A stretch of 64,000 bases of DNA from assembly GCA_964016885.1 (NCBI GenBank), contig CAXHJY010000096.1:868001-932000 (forward strand), in the 5' to 3' direction. The DNA is from Eledone cirrhosa. Its lineage: Eukaryota. Below the pieces are notes generated by a model. It ran no database searches, was not told the DNA's origin, and saw only the letters and a program-made list of their open reading frames with translations. This document shows, piece after piece, positions 25,760-40,800 of this stretch (position 1 is its first letter; every line of letters starts with the position of its first letter). A program made the translations under genes and the position numbers.

Positions 25760-28700
25760 CCAGCCCTCCAAGGGGCTATAATTTCTAGTGTCCAAGGGGA
25801 GATAATTTCCAGCCAGCGAAGGGGAGATAATTTTTTTTAAAAAATCATTGGGAGATTTGTAAAAAAAATCAGGGGGAGATAATTTGTAAAAAAAATCAAG
25901 GGGAGATAATTTCCAGCCGTCCAAGGGGAGGTAATATCTAGCCGTCCAAGGGTAGATAATTTCCAGCCGTCCAACGGGAGATAATTTCCAGCCGTCCAAG
26001 GGTAGATAATATCCAGCCGCCCAAGGACATATTTTCCAGCCGTCCAAGGAGAGGTAATTTCTAGCCGTCCAAGGGGAGATAATTTCCAGCCGTCCAAGGG
26101 TAGATAATATCCAGCCGTCCAAGGACATATTTTCCAGCCGTCCAAGGAGAGGTAATTTCTAGCCGTCCAAGGGGAGATAAATTCCAGCCTCCAAGGGGAG
26201 ATAATTTCCAGCCAGCCAAGGGGAGATAATTTGTAAAAAAATCAGGGGGAGATAATTTGTAAAAAAAATCAGGGGGAGATAATTTGTAAAAAAAAATCAG
26301 GGGGAGATAATTTGTAAAAAAAAATCAGGGTGAGATAATTTGCAAAAAAAATCAGGGGGAGATAATTTGTAAAAGAAAATCAGGGGTAGATAATTTGTAA
26401 AAAAAAATCAGGGGGAGATAATTTGTAAAAAAAAATCAGGGGGAGATAATTTGTAAAAAAAATCAAGGGGAGATAATTTCCAGCCGTCCAAGGAGAGATA
26501 ATTTAAAAAAAAATCAGGCGGAGATAATTTGTAAAAAAAAATCAGGGGGAGATAATTTGTAAAAAAAATCAGGGGGAGATAATTTGTAAAAAAAAATCAG
26601 GGGTAGATAATTTGTAAAAAAAAATCAGGGGGAGATAATTTGTAAAAAAAAATCAGGAGGAGATAATTTGTAAAAAAAATCAAGGGGAGATAATTTCCAG
26701 CCGTCCAAGGAGAGATAATTTAAAAAAAAATCAGGCGGAGATAATTTGTAAAAAAAAATCAGGGGGAGATAATTTGTAAAAAAAAATCAGGGGGAGATAA
26801 TTTGTAAAAAAAATCAAGGGGAGATAATTTCCAGCCGTCCAAGGGGAGATAATTTTCAGCCGTCCAAGGGGAGATAATTTCCCGCCAGCCAAGGGAAGAT
26901 AATATTCAAAAAAATCAGGCGGAGATAATTTGTAAAAAAAATCAGGGGGAGATAATTTGTAAAAAAATCAGGGGGAGATAATTTGTAAAAAAAAAAATCA
27001 GGGGGAGATAATTTGTAAAAAAAATCAGGGGGAGATAATTTGTAAAAAAAATCAGGGGTAGATAATTTGTAAAAAAAAATCAGGGGGAGATAATTTGTAA
27101 AAAAAAATCAGGGGGAGATAATTTGTAAAAAAAATGAAAGGGGAGATAATATCCAGCCGTCCAAGGGGAGATAATTTCCAGCCGTCCAAGGGGAGATAAT
27201 TTCCAGCCGTCCAAGGGGAGATAAATTCCATCCTTCCAAGGGGATATAATTTCCAGCCGTCCAAGGGGAGATAATTTCCATCCTTCCAAGGGGATATAAT
27301 TTCCAGCCGTCCAAGGGGAGATAATTTTCAGCCGTCCAAGGAGAGGTAATTTCTAGCCGTCCAAGGAGAGATAATTTCCAGCCGTCCAAGGGGAGATAAT
27401 TTCCAGCCGTCCAAGGGGAGATAATTTCCAGCCGTCCAAGGAGACATATTTTCCAGCCGTCCAAGGAGAGGTAATTCCTAGCCGTCCAAGGGGAGATAAA
27501 TTCCAGCCTCCAAGGGGAGATAATTTCCAGCCAGCCAAGGGGAGATAATTTGTAAAAAAAATCAGGGGGAGATAATTTGTAAAAAAAATCAGGGGGAGAT
27601 AATTTGTAAAAAAAAATCAGGGGTAGATAATTTGTAAAAAATAATCAGGGGGAGATAATTTGTAAAAAAAATCAAGGGGAGATAATTTCCAGCCGTCCAA
27701 GGGGAGATAATTTTCAGCCGTCCAAGGGGAGATAATTTCCCGCCAGCCAAGGGAAGATAATATTTAAAAAAATTAGGCGGAGATAATTTGTAAAAAAAAT
27801 CAGGGGGAGATAATTTGTAAAAAAATCAGGGGGAGATAATTTGTAAAAAAAATCAGGGGGAGATAATTTGTAAAAAAAATCAGGGGGAGATAATTTGTAA
27901 AAAAAAATCAGGGGGAGATAATTTGTAAAAAAAATCAAGGGGAGATAATTTCCAGCCGTCCAAGGGAAGATAATTTCCAGCCCTCCAAGGGGCTATAATT
28001 TCCAGCGTCCAAGGGGAGATAATTTCCAGCCAGCGAAGGGGAGATAATTTTTTTAAAAAAATCATTGGGAGATTTGTAAAAAAAATCAGGGGGAGATAAT
28101 TTGTAAAAAAAATCAAGGGGAGATAATTTCCAGCCGTCCAAGGGGAGGTAATATCTAGCCGTCCAAGGGGAGATAATTTCCAGCCGTCCAAGGGGAGATA
28201 ATTTCCAGCCGTCCAAGGGTAGATAATATCCAGCCGTCCAAGGACATATTTTCCAGCCGTCCAAGGAGAGGTAATTTCTAGCCGTCCAAGGGGAGATAAA
28301 TTCCAGCCTCCAAGGTGAGATAATTTCCAGCCAGCCAAGGGGAGATAATTTGTAAAAAAATCAGGGGGAGATAATTTGTAAAAAAAATCAGGGGGAGATA
28401 ATTTGTAAAAAAAAATCAGGGGGAGATAATTTGTAAAAAAAAATCAGGGGGAGATAATTTGTAAAAAAAAATCAGGGGGAGATAATTTGTAAAAAAATCA
28501 AGGGGAGATAATTTGTAAAAAGAATCAGGGGGAGATAATTTGTAAAAAAAAATCAGGGGTAGATAAATTGTAAAAAAAAATCAGGGGGAGATAATTTGTA
28601 AAAAAAATCAGGGGGAGATAATTTGTAAAAAAAATGAAAGGGGAGATAATATCCAGCCGTCCAAGGGGAGATAATTTCCAGCCGTCCAAGGGGAGATAAT

Positions 28701-31700
28701 TTCCAGCCGTCCAAGGGGAGATAATTTCCATCCTTCCAAGGGGATATAATTTCCAGCCGTCCAAGGGGAGATAATTTCCCGCCAGCCAAGGGAAGATAAT
28801 TTTTAAAAAAATCAGGCGGAGATTGTAAAAAAATCAGGGGGGAGATAATTTGTAAAAAAATCAGGGGAAGATAATTTGTAAAAAAAAATCAGGGGGAGAT
28901 AATTTGTAAAAAATAATCAGGGGGAGATAATTTGTAAAAAAAAATCAAGGGGAGATAATTTCCAGCTGTCCAAGGGGAGATAATTTCCCGCCAGCCAAGG
29001 GAAGATAATATTTAAAAAAATTAGGCGGAGATAATTTGTAAAAAAAATCAGGGGGAGATAATTTGTAAAAAAATCAGGGGGAGATAATTTGTAAAAAAAA
29101 ATCAGGGGTAGATAATTTGTAAAAAAAAATCAGGGGGAGATAATTTGTAAAAAAAAATCAGGGGGAGATAATTTGTAAAAAAAATCAAGGGGAGATAATT
29201 TCCAGCCGTCCAAGGGGAGATAATTTTCAGCCCTCCAAGGGGCTATAATTTCCAGCGTCCAAGGGGAGATAATTTCCAGCCAGCGAAGAGGAGATAATTT
29301 TTTTAAAAAAATCATTGGGAGATTTGTAAAAAAAATCAGGGGGAGATAATTTGTAAAAAAAATCAAGGGGAGATAATTTCCAGCCGTCCAAGGGGAGGTA
29401 ATATCTAGCCGTCCAAGGGTAGATAATTTCCAGCCGTCCAACGGGAGATAATTTCCAGCCGTCCAAGGGTAGATAATATCCAGCCGCCCAAGGACATATT
29501 TTCCAGCCGTCCAAGGAGAGGTAATTTCTAGCCGTCCAAGGGGAGATAATTTCCAGCCGTCCAAGGGTAGATAATATCCAGCCGTCCAAGGACATATTTT
29601 CCAGCCGTCCAAGGAGAGGTAATTTCTAGCCGTCCAAGGGGAGATAAATTCCAGCCTCCAAGGGGAGATAATTTCCAGCCAGCCAAGGGGAGATAATTTG
29701 TAAAAAAATCAGGGGGAGATAATTTGTAAAAAAAATCAGGGGGAGATAATTTGTAAAAAAAAATCAGGGGGAGATAATTTGTAAAAAAAAATCAGGGTGA
29801 GATAATTTGCAAAAAAAATCAGGGGGAGATAATTTGTAAAAAAAAATCAGGGGTAGATAATTTGTAAAAAAAAATCAGGGGGAGATAATTTGTAAAAAAA
29901 AATCAGGGGGAGATAATATGTAAAAAAAATCAAGGGGAGATAATTTCCAGCCGTCCAAGGAGAGATAATTTAAAAAAAAATCAGGCGGAGATAATTTGTA
30001 AAAAAAAATCAGGGGGAGATAATTTGTAAAAAAAATCAGGGGGAGATAATTTGTAAAAAAAAATCAGGGGTAGATAATTTGTAAAAAAAAATCAGGGGGA
30101 GATAATTTGTAAAAAAAAATCAGGAGGAGATAATTTGTAAAAAAAATCAAGGGGAGATAATTTCCAGCCGTCCAAGGAGAGATAATTTAAAAAAAAATCA
30201 GGCGGAGATAATTTGTAAAAAAAAATCAGGGGGAGATAATTTGTAAAAAAAAATCAGGGGGAGATAATTTGTAAAAAAAATCAAGGGGAGATAATTTCCA
30301 GCCGTCCAAGGGGAGATAATTTTCAGCCGTCCAAGGGGAGATAATTTCCCGCCAGCCAAGGGAAGATAATATTCAAAAAAATCAGGCGGAGATAATTTGT
30401 AAAAAAAATCAGGGGGAGATAATTTGTAAAAAAATCAGGGGGAGATAATTTGTAAAAAAAAAAATCAGGGGGAGATAATTTGTAAAAAAAATCAGGGGGA
30501 GATAATTTGTAAAAAAAATCAGGGGTAGATAATTTGTAAAAAAAAATCAGGGGGAGATAATTTGTAAAAAAAAATCAGGGGGAGATAATTTGTAAAAAAA
30601 ATGAAAGGGGAGATAATATCCAGCCGTCCAAGGGGAGATAATTTCCAGCCGTCCAAGGGGAGATAATTTCCAGCCGTCCAAGGGGAGATAATTTCCATCC
30701 TTCCAAGGGGATATAATTTCCAGCCGTCCAAGGGGAGATAATTTCCATCCTTCCAAGGGGATATAATTTCCAGCCGTCCAAGGGGAGATAATTTTCAGCC
30801 GTCCAAGGAGAGGTAATTTCTAGCCGTCCAAGGAGAGATAATTTCCAGCCGTCCAAGGGGAGATAATTTCCAGCCGTCCAAGGGGAGATAATTAACAGCC
30901 GTCCAAGGAGACATATTTTCCAGCCGTCCAAGGAGAGGTAATTCCTAGCCGTCCAAGGGGAGATAAATTCCAGCCTCCAAGGGGAGATAATTTCCAGCCA
31001 GCCAAGGGGAGATAATTTGTAAAAAAAATCAGGGGGAGATAATTTGTAAAAAAAATCAGGGGGAGATAATTTGTAAAAAAAAATCAGGGGTAGATAATTT
31101 GTAAAAAATAATCAGGGGGAGATAATTTGTAAAAAAAATCAAGGGGAGATAATTTCCAGCCGTCCAAGGGGAGATAATTTTCAGCCGTCCAAGGGGAGAT
31201 AATTTCCCGCCAGCCAAGGGAAGATAATATTTAAAAAAATTAGGCGGAGATAATTTGTAAAAAAAATCAGGGGGAGATAATTTGTAAAAAAATCAGGGGG
31301 AGATAATTTGTAAAAAAAATCAGGGGGAGATAATTTGTAAAAAAAATCAGGGGGAGATAATTTGTAAAAAAAAATCAGGGGGAGATAATTTGTAAAAAAA
31401 ATCAAGGGGAGATAATTTCCAGCCGTCCAAGGGAAGATAATTTCCAGCCCTCCAAGGGGCTATAATTTCCAGCGTCCAAGGGGAGATAATTTCCAGCCAG
31501 CGAAGGGGAGATAATTTTTTTTAAAAAATCATTGGGAGATTTGTAAAAAAAATCAGGGGGAGATAATTTGTAAAAAAAATCAAGGGGAGATAATTTCCAG
31601 CCGTCCAAGGGGAGGTAATATCTAGCCGTCCAAGGGGAGATAATTTCCAGCCGTCCAAGGGGAGATAATTTCCAGCCGTCCAAGGGTAGATAATATCCAG

Positions 31701-31870
31701 CCGTCCAAGGACATATTTTCCAGCCGTCCAAGGAGAGGTAATTTCTAGCCGTCCAAGGGGAGATAAATTCCAGCCTCCAAGGTGAGATAATTTCCAGCCA
31801 GCCAAGGGGAGATAATTTGTAAAAAAATCAGGGGGAGATAATTTGTAAAAAAAAATCAGGGGGAGATAAT
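25760..31870 (+). repeat. 3,467-bp period duplication (about 25.8-28.4 kb repeated at about 29.2-31.9 kb)
   Basis: Exact +3,467 offsets: 26145/29612, 27052/30519, 27714/31181, 27935/31402. Confidence 0.85.
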
Positions 31871-34800
31871 TTGTAAAAAAAAATCAGGGGGAGATAATTT
31901 GTAAAAAAAAATCAGGGGGAGATAATTTGTAAAAAAATCAAGGGGAGATAATTTCCAGCCGTCCAAGGGGAGATAATTTTCAGCCGTCCAAGGGGAGATA
32001 ATTTCCCGCCAGCCAAGGGAAGATAATATTTGAAAAAATCAGGCGGAGATAATTTGTAAAAAAAATCATGGGGAGATAATTTGTAAAAAAATCAGGGGGA
32101 GATAATTTGTAAAAAAAAAATCAGGGGGAGATAATTTGTAAAAAGAATCAGGGGGAGATAATTTGTAAAAAAAAATCAGGGGTAGATAAATTGTAAAAAA
32201 AAATCAGGGGGAGATAATTTGTAAAAAAAATCAGGGGGAGATAATTTGTAAAAAAAATGAAAGGGGAGATAATATCCAGCCGTCCAAGGGGAGATAATTT
32301 CCAGCCGTCCAAGGGGAGATAATTTCCAGCCGTCCAAGGGGAGATAATTTCCATCCTTCCAAGGGGATATAATTTCCAGCCGTCCAAGGGGAGATAATTT
32401 CCCGCCAGCCAAGGGAAGATAATTTTTAAAAAAATCAGGCGGAGATTGTAAAAAAAATCAGGGGGGAGATAATTTGTAAAAAAATCAGGGGGAGATAATT
32501 TGTAAAAAAAAATCAGGGGGAGATAATTTGTAAAAAATAATCAGGGGGAGATAATTTGTAAAAAAAAATCAAGGGGAGATAATTTCCAGCCGTCCAAGGG
32601 GAGATAATTTCCCGCCAGCCAAGGGAAGATAATATTTAAAAAAATTAGGCGGAGATAATTTGTAAAAAAAATCAGGGGGAGATAATTTGTAAAAAAATCA
32701 GGGGGAGATAATTTGTAAAAAAAATCAGGGGGAGATAATTTGTAAAAAAATTCATGGGGAGATAATTTGTAAAAAAAAATCAGGGGTAGATAATTTGTAA
32801 AAAAAAATCAGGGGGAGATAATTTGTAAAAAAAAAATCAGGGGGAGATAATTTGTAAAAAAAATCAAGGGGAGATAATTTCCAGCCGTCCAAGGGGAGAT
32901 AATTTTCAGCCGTCCAAGGAGAGGTAATTTCTAGCCGTCCAAGGGGAGATAATTTCCAGCCGTCCAAGGGGAGGTAATTTCCAGCCGTCCAAGGGGAGAT
33001 AATTTTAAAAAAAAAATCAGGCGGAGATAATTTGTAAAAAAAATCAAGGGGAGATAATTTGCAGCCGTCCAAGGGGAGATAATTTTCAGTCGTCCAAGGA
33101 GAGGTAATTTCTAGCCGTCCAAGGGGAGATAATTGCCAGCCGTCCAAGGGGAGATAATTTCCAGCCGTCCAAGGGGAGATAATTTTTTTTAAAAAATCAG
33201 GCGGAGATAATTTGTAAAAAAAATCAGGGGGAGATAATTTGTAAACAAAATCAGGGGGAGATAATTTGTAAAAAAAAATCAGGGGGAGATAATTTGTAAA
33301 AAAAATCATGGAGAGATAATTTCCAGCCGTCCAAGGTGAGATAATTTCCAGCCGTCCAAGGAGACATATTTTCCAGCCGTCCAAGGCGAGGTAATTTCTA
33401 GCCGTCCAAGGGGAGATAAATTCCAGCCTCCAAGGGGAGATAATTTCCAGCCAGCCAAGTGGAGATAATTTGTAAAAAAATCAGGGGGAGATAATTTGTA
33501 AAAAATATCAGGGAGATAATTTGTAAAAAAAAATCAGGGGGAGATAATTTGTAAAAAAAATCAGGGGGAGATAATTTGTAAAAAAAAATCAGGGGGAGAT
33601 AATTTGTAAAAAAAATCAAGGGGAGATAATTTCCAGCCGTCCAAGGGGAGATAATTTTCAGCCGTCCAAGGGGAGATAATTTCCCGCCAGCCAAGGGAAG
33701 ATAATATTTAAAAAAATCAGGCGGAGACAATTTGTAAAAAAAATCAGGGGGAGATAATTTGTAAAAAAATCAGGGGGAGATAATTTGTAAAAAAAAAATC
33801 AGGGGGAGATAATTTGTAAAAAAAATCAGGGGGAGATAATTTGTAAAAAAAAATCAGGGATAGATAATTTGTAAACAAAAATCAGGGGGAGATAATTTGT
33901 AAAAAAAAATCAGGGGGAGATAATTTGTAAAAAAAATGAAAGGGGAGATAATATCCAGCCGTCCAAGGGGAGATAATTTCCAGCCGTCCAAGGGGATATA
34001 ATTTCCAGCCGTCCAAGGGGAGATAATTTCCATCCTTCCAAGGGGATATAATTTCCAGCCGTCCAAGGGGAGATAATTTCCCGCCAGCCAAGGGAAGATA
34101 ATTTTTAAAAAAATCAGGCGGAGATTGTAAAAAAAATCAGGGGGGAGATAATTTGTAAAAAAATCAGGGGGAGATAATTTGTAAAAAATAATCAGCGGGA
34201 GATAATTTGTAAAAAAATTCAAGGGGAGATAATTTCCAGCCGTCCAAGGGGAGATAATTTCCCGCCAGCCAAGGGAAGATAATATTTAAAAAAATTAGGC
34301 GGAGATAATTTGTAAAAAAAATCAGGGGGAGATAATTTGTAAAAAAATCAGGGGGAGATAATTTGTAAAAAAAATCAGGGGGAGATAATTTGTAAAAAAA
34401 ATCATGGGGAGATAATTTGTAAAAAAAAATCAGGGGTAGATAATTTGTAAAAAAAAATCAGGGGGAGATAATTTGTAAAAAAAAATCAGGGGGAGATAAT
34501 TTGTAAAAAAAATCAAGGGGAGATAATATCCAGCCGTCCAAGGAGAGATAATTTAAAAAAAAAATGAGGCGGAGATAATTTGTAAAAAAAAAATCAGGGG
34601 GAGTTAATTTGTAAAAAAAAATGAGGGGGAGATAATTTGTAAAAAAAATCAAGGGGAGATAATTTCCAGCCGTCCAAGGGGAGATAATTTTCAGCCGTCC
34701 AAGGAGAGGTAATTTCTAGCCGTCCAAGGGGAGATAATTTCCAGCCGTCCAAGGGGAGGTAATTTCCAGCCGTCCAAGGGGAGATAATTTTAAAAAAAAA

Positions 34801-37800
34801 ATCAGGCGGAGATAATTTGTAAAAAAAATCAAGGGGAGATAATTTGCAGCCGTCCAAGGGGAGATAATTTTCAGCCGTCCAAGGAGAGGTAATTTCTAGC
34901 CGTTCAAGGGGAGATAATTTCCAGCCGTCCAAGGGGAGATAATTTCCAGCCGTCCAAGGGGAGATAATTTTTTTTAAAAAATCAGGCGGAGATAATTTGT
35001 AAAAAAAAATCAGGGGGAGATAATTCGTAAAAAAAAATCAGGGGGAGATAATTTGTAAAAAAAAATCAGGGGGAGATAATTTGTAAAAAAAATCAAGGGG
35101 AGATAATTTCCAGCCGTCCAAGGGGAGGTAATATCTAGCCGTCCAAGGGGAGATAATTTCCAGCCGTCCAAGGGGAGATAATTTCCAGCCGTCCAAGGGG
35201 AGATAATTTCCAGCCGTCCAAGGAGACATATTTTCCAGCCGTCCAAGGCGAGGTAATTTCTAGCCGTCCAAGGGGAGATTAATTCCAGCCTCCAAGGGGA
35301 GATAATTTCCAGCCAGCCAAGGGGAGATAATTTGTAAAAAAATCGGGGAGATAATTTGTAAAAAATATCAGGGAGATAATTTGTAAAAAAAAATCAGGGG
35401 GAGATAATTTGTAAAAAAAATCAGGGGGAGATAATTTGTAAAAAAAAATCAGGGGGAGATAATTTGTAAAAAAAATCAAGGGGAGATAATTTCCAGCCGT
35501 CCAAGGGGAGATAATTTTCAGCCGTCCAAGGAGAGGTAATTTCTAACCGTCCGAGGAGAGATAATTTCCAGCCGTCCAAGGGGAGATAATTTCCAGCCGT
35601 CCAAGGGGAGATAATTTCCAGCCGTCCAAGGAGACATATTTTCCAGCCGTCCAAGGAGAGGTAATTTCTAGCCGTCCAAGGGGAGATAAATTCCAGCCTC
35701 CAAGGGGAGATAATTTCCAGCCAGCCAAGGGGAGATAATTTGTAAAAAAATCAGGGGGAGATAATTTGCAAAAAAAATCAGGGGGAGATAATTTGTAAAA
35801 AAAATCAGGGGGAGATAATTTGTAAAAAATAATCAGGGGGAGATAATTTCCAGCCGTCCAAGGGAAGATAATTTCCAGCCCTCCAAGGGGCTATAATTTC
35901 CAGTGTCCAAGGGGAGATAATTTCCAGCCAGCGAAGGGGAGATAATTTTTTTTAAAAAATCATTGGGAGATTTGTAAAAAAAATCAGGGGGAGATAATTT
36001 GTAAAAAAAATCAAGGGGAGATAATTTCCAGCCGTCCAAGGGGAGGTAATATCTAGCCGTCCAAGGGTAGATAATTTCCAGCCGTCCAACGGGAGATAAT
36101 TTCCAGCCGTCCAAGGGTAGATAATATCCAGCCGCCCAAGGACATATTTTCCAGCCATCCAAGGAGAGGTAATTTCTAGCCGTCCAAGGGGAGATAATTT
36201 CCAGCCGTCCAAGGGTAGATAATATCCAGCCGTCCAAGGACATATTTTCCAGCCGTCCAAGGAGAGGTAATTTCTAGCCGTCCAAGGGGAGATAAATTCC
36301 AGCCTCCAAGGGGAGATAATTTCCAGCCAGCCAAGGGGAGATAATTTGTAAAAAAATCAGGGGGAGATAATTTGTAAAAAAAATCAGGGGGAGATAATTT
36401 GTAAAAAAAAATCAGGGGGAGATAATTTGTAAAAAAAAATCAGGGTGAGATAATTTGCAAAAAAAATCAGGGGGAGATAATTTGTAAAAAAAAATCAGGG
36501 GTAGATAATTTGTAAAAAAAAATCAGGGGGAGATAATTTGTAAAAAAAAATCAGGGGGAGATAATATGTAAAAAAAATCAAGGGGAGATAATTTCCAGCC
36601 GTCCAAGGAGAGATAATTTTAAAAAAAATCAGGCGGAGATAATTTGTAAAAAAAAATCAGGGGGAGATAATTTGTAAAAAAAATCAGGGGGAGATAATTT
36701 GTAAAAAAAAATCAGGGGTAGATAATTTGTAAAAAAAAATCAGGGGGAGATAATTTGTAAAAAAAAATCAGGAGGAGATAATTTGTAAAAAAAATCAAGG
36801 GGAGATAATTTCCAGCCGTCCAAGGAGAGATAATTTAAAAAAAAATCAGGCGGAGATAATTTGTAAAAAAAAATCAGGGGGAGATAATTTGTAAAAAAAA
36901 ATCAGGGGGAGATAATTTGTAAAAAAAATCAAGGGGAGATAATTTCCAGCCGTCCAAGGGGAGATAATTTTCAGCCGTCCAAGGGGAGATAATTTCCCGC
37001 CAGCCAAGGGAAGATAATATTCAAAAAAATCAGGCGGAGATAATTTGTAAAAAAAATCAGGGGGAGATAATTTGTAAAAAAATCAGGGGGAGATAATTTG
37101 TAAAAAAAAAAATCAGGGGGAGATAATTTGTAAAAAAAATCAGGGGGAGATAATTTGTAAAAAAAATCAGGGGTAGATAATTTGTAAAAAAAAATCAGGG
37201 GGAGATAATTTGTAAAAAAAAATCAGGGGGAGATAATTTGTAAAAAAAATGAAAGGGGAGATAATATCCAGCCGTCCAAGGGGAGATAATTTCCAGCCGT
37301 CCAAGGGGAGATAATTTCCAGCCGTCCAAGGGGAGATAATTTCCATCCTTCCAAGGGGATATAATTTCCAGCCGTCCAAGGGGAGATAATTTCCATCCTT
37401 CCAAGGGGATATAATTTCCAGCCGTCCAAGGGGAGATAATTTTCAGCCGTCCAAGGAGAGGTAATTTCTAGCCGTCCAAGGAGAGATAATTTCCAGCCGT
37501 CCAAGGGGAGATAATTTCCAGCCGTCCAAGGGGAGATAATTTCCAGCCGTCCAAGGAGACATATTTTCCAGCCGTCCAAGGAGAGGTAATTCCTAGCCGT
37601 CCAAGGGGAGATAAATTCCAGCCTCCAAGGGGAGATAATTTCCAGCCAGCCAAGGGGAGATAATTTGTAAAAAAAATCAGGGGGAGATAATTTGTAAAAA
37701 AAATCAGGGGGAGATAATTTGTAAAAAAAAATCAGGGGTAGATAATTTGTAAAAAATAATCAGGGGGAGATAATTTGTAAAAAAAATCAAGGGGAGATAA

Positions 37801-40800
37801 TTTCCAGCCGTCCAAGGGGAGATAATTTTCAGCCGTCCAAGGGGAGATAATTTCCCGCCAGCCAAGGGAAGATAATATTTAAAAAAATTAGGCGGAGATA
37901 ATTTGTAAAAAAAATCAGGGGGAGATAATTTGTAAAAAAATCAGGGGGAGATAATTTGTAAAAAAAATCAGGGGGAGATAATTTGTAAAAAAAATCAGGG
38001 GGAGATAATTTGTAAAAAAAAATCAGGGGGAGATAATTTGTAAAAAAAATCAAGGGGAGATAATTTCCAGCCGTCCAAGGGAAGATAATTTCCAGCCCTC
38101 CAAGGGGCTATAATTTCCAGCGTCCAAGGGGAGATAATTTCCAGCCAGCGAAGGGGAGATAATTTTTTTTAAAAAATCATTGGGAGATTTGTAAAAAAAA
38201 TCAGGGGGAGATAATTTGTAAAAAAAATCAAGGGGAGATAATTTCCAGCCGTCCAAGGGGAGGTAATATCTAGCCGTCCAAGGGGAGATAATTTCCAGCC
38301 GTCCAAGGGGAGATAATTTCCAGCCGTCCAAGGGTAGATAATATCCAGCCGTCCAAGGACATATTTTCCAGCCGTCCAAGGAGAGGTAATTTCTAGCCGT
38401 CCAAGGGGAGATAAATTCCAGCCTCCAAGGTGAGATAATTTCCAGCCAGCCAAGGGGAGATAATTTGTAAAAAAATCAGGGGGAGATAATTTGTAAAAAA
38501 AAATCAGGGGGAGATAATTTGTAAAAAAAAATCAGGGGGAGATAATTTGTAAAAAAAAATCAGGGGGAGATAATTTGTAAAAAAATCAAGGGGAGATAAT
38601 TTCCAGCCGTCCAAGGGGAGATAATTTTCAGCCGTCCAAGGGGAGATAATTTCCCGCCAGCCAAGGGAAGATAATATTTGAAAAAATCAGGCGGAGATAA
38701 TTTGTAAAAAAAATCATGGGGAGATAATTTGTAAAAAAATCAGGGGGAGATAATTTGTAAAAAAAAAATCAGGGGGAGATAATTTGTAAAAAGAATCAGG
38801 GGGAGATAATTTGTAAAAAAAAATCAGGGGTAGATAAATTGTAAAAAAAAATCAGGGGGAGATAATTTGTAAAAAAAATCAGGGGGAGATAATTTGTAAA
38901 AAAAATGAAAGGGGAGATAATATCCAGCCGTCCAAGGGGAGATAATTTCCAGCCGTCCAAGGGGAGATAATTTCCAGCCGTCCAAGGGGAGATAATTTCC
39001 ATCCTTCCAAGGGGATATAATTTCCAGCCGTCCAAGGGGAGATAATTTCCCGCCAGCCAAGGGAAGATAATTTTTAAAAAAATCAGGCGGAGATTGTAAA
39101 AAAAATCAGGGGGGAGATAATTTGTAAAAAAATCAGGGGGAGATAATTTGTAAAAAAAAATCAGGGGGAGATAATTTGTAAAAAATAATCAGGGGGAGAT
39201 AATTTGTAAAAAAAAATCAAGGGGAGATAATTTCCAGCCGTCCAAGGGGAGATAATTTCCCGCCAGCCAAGGGAAGATAATATTTAAAAAAATTAGGCGG
39301 AGATAATTTGTAAAAAAAATCAGGGGGAGATAATTTGTAAAAAAATCAGGGGGAGATAATTTGTAAAAAAAATCAGGGGGAGATAATTTGTAAAAAAATT
39401 CATGGGGAGATAATTTGTAAAAAAAAATCAGGGGTAGATAATTTGTAAAAAAAAATCAGGGGGAGATAATTTGTAAAAAAAAAATCAGGGGGAGATAATT
39501 TGTAAAAAAAATCAAGGGGAGATAATTTCCAGCCGTCCAAGGGGAGATAATTTTCAGCCGTCCAAGGAGAGGTAATTTCTAGCCGTCCAAGGGGAGATAA
39601 TTTCCAGCCGTCCAAGGGGAGGTAATTTCCAGCCGTCCAAGGGGAGATAATTTTAAAAAAAAAATCAGGCGGAGATAATTTGTAAAAAAAATCAAGGGGA
39701 GATAATTTGCAGCCGTCCAAGGGGAGATAATTTTCAGTCGTCCAAGGAGAGGTAATTTCTAGCCGTCCAAGGGGAGATAATTGCCAGCCGTCCAAGGGGA
39801 GATAATTTCCAGCCGTCCAAGGGGAGATAATTTTTTTTAAAAAATCAGGCGGAGATAATTTGTAAAAAAAATCAGGGGGAGATAATTTGTAAACAAAATC
39901 AGGGGGAGATAATTTGTAAAAAAAAATCAGGGGGAGATAATTTGTAAAAAAAATCATGGAGAGATAATTTCCAGCCGTCCAAGGTGAGATAATTTCCAGC
40001 CGTCCAAGGAGACATATTTTCCAGCCGTCCAAGGCGAGGTAATTTCTAGCCGTCCAAGGGGAGATAAATTCCAGCCTCCAAGGGGAGATAATTTCCAGCC
40101 AGCCAAGTGGAGATAATTTGTAAAAAAATCAGGGGGAGATAATTTGTAAAAAATATCAGGGAGATAATTTGTAAAAAAAAATCAGGGGGAGATAATTTGT
40201 AAAAAAAATCAGGGGGAGATAATTTGTAAAAAAAAATCAGGGGGAGATAATTTGTAAAAAAAATCAAGGGGAGATAATTTCCAGCCGTCCAAGGGGAGAT
40301 AATTTTCAGCCGTCCAAGGGGAGATAATTTCCCGCCAGCCAAGGGAAGATAATATTTAAAAAAATCAGGCGGAGACAATTTGTAAAAAAAATCAGGGGGA
40401 GATAATTTGTAAAAAAATCAGGGGGAGATAATTTGTAAAAAAAAAATCAGGGGGAGATAATTTGTAAAAAAAATCAGGGGGAGATAATTTGTAAAAAAAA
40501 ATCAGGGATAGATAATTTGTAAACAAAAATCAGGGGGAGATAATTTGTAAAAAAAAATCAGGGGGAGATAATTTGTAAAAAAAATGAAAGGGGAGATAAT
40601 ATCCAGCCGTCCAAGGGGAGATAATTTCCAGCCGTCCAAGGGGATATAATTTCCAGCCGTCCAAGGGGAGATAATTTCCATCCTTCCAAGGGGATATAAT
40701 TTCCAGCCGTCCAAGGGGAGATAATTTCCCGCCAGCCAAGGGAAGATAATTTTTAAAAAAATCAGGCGGAGATTGTAAAAAAAATCAGGGGGGAGATAAT

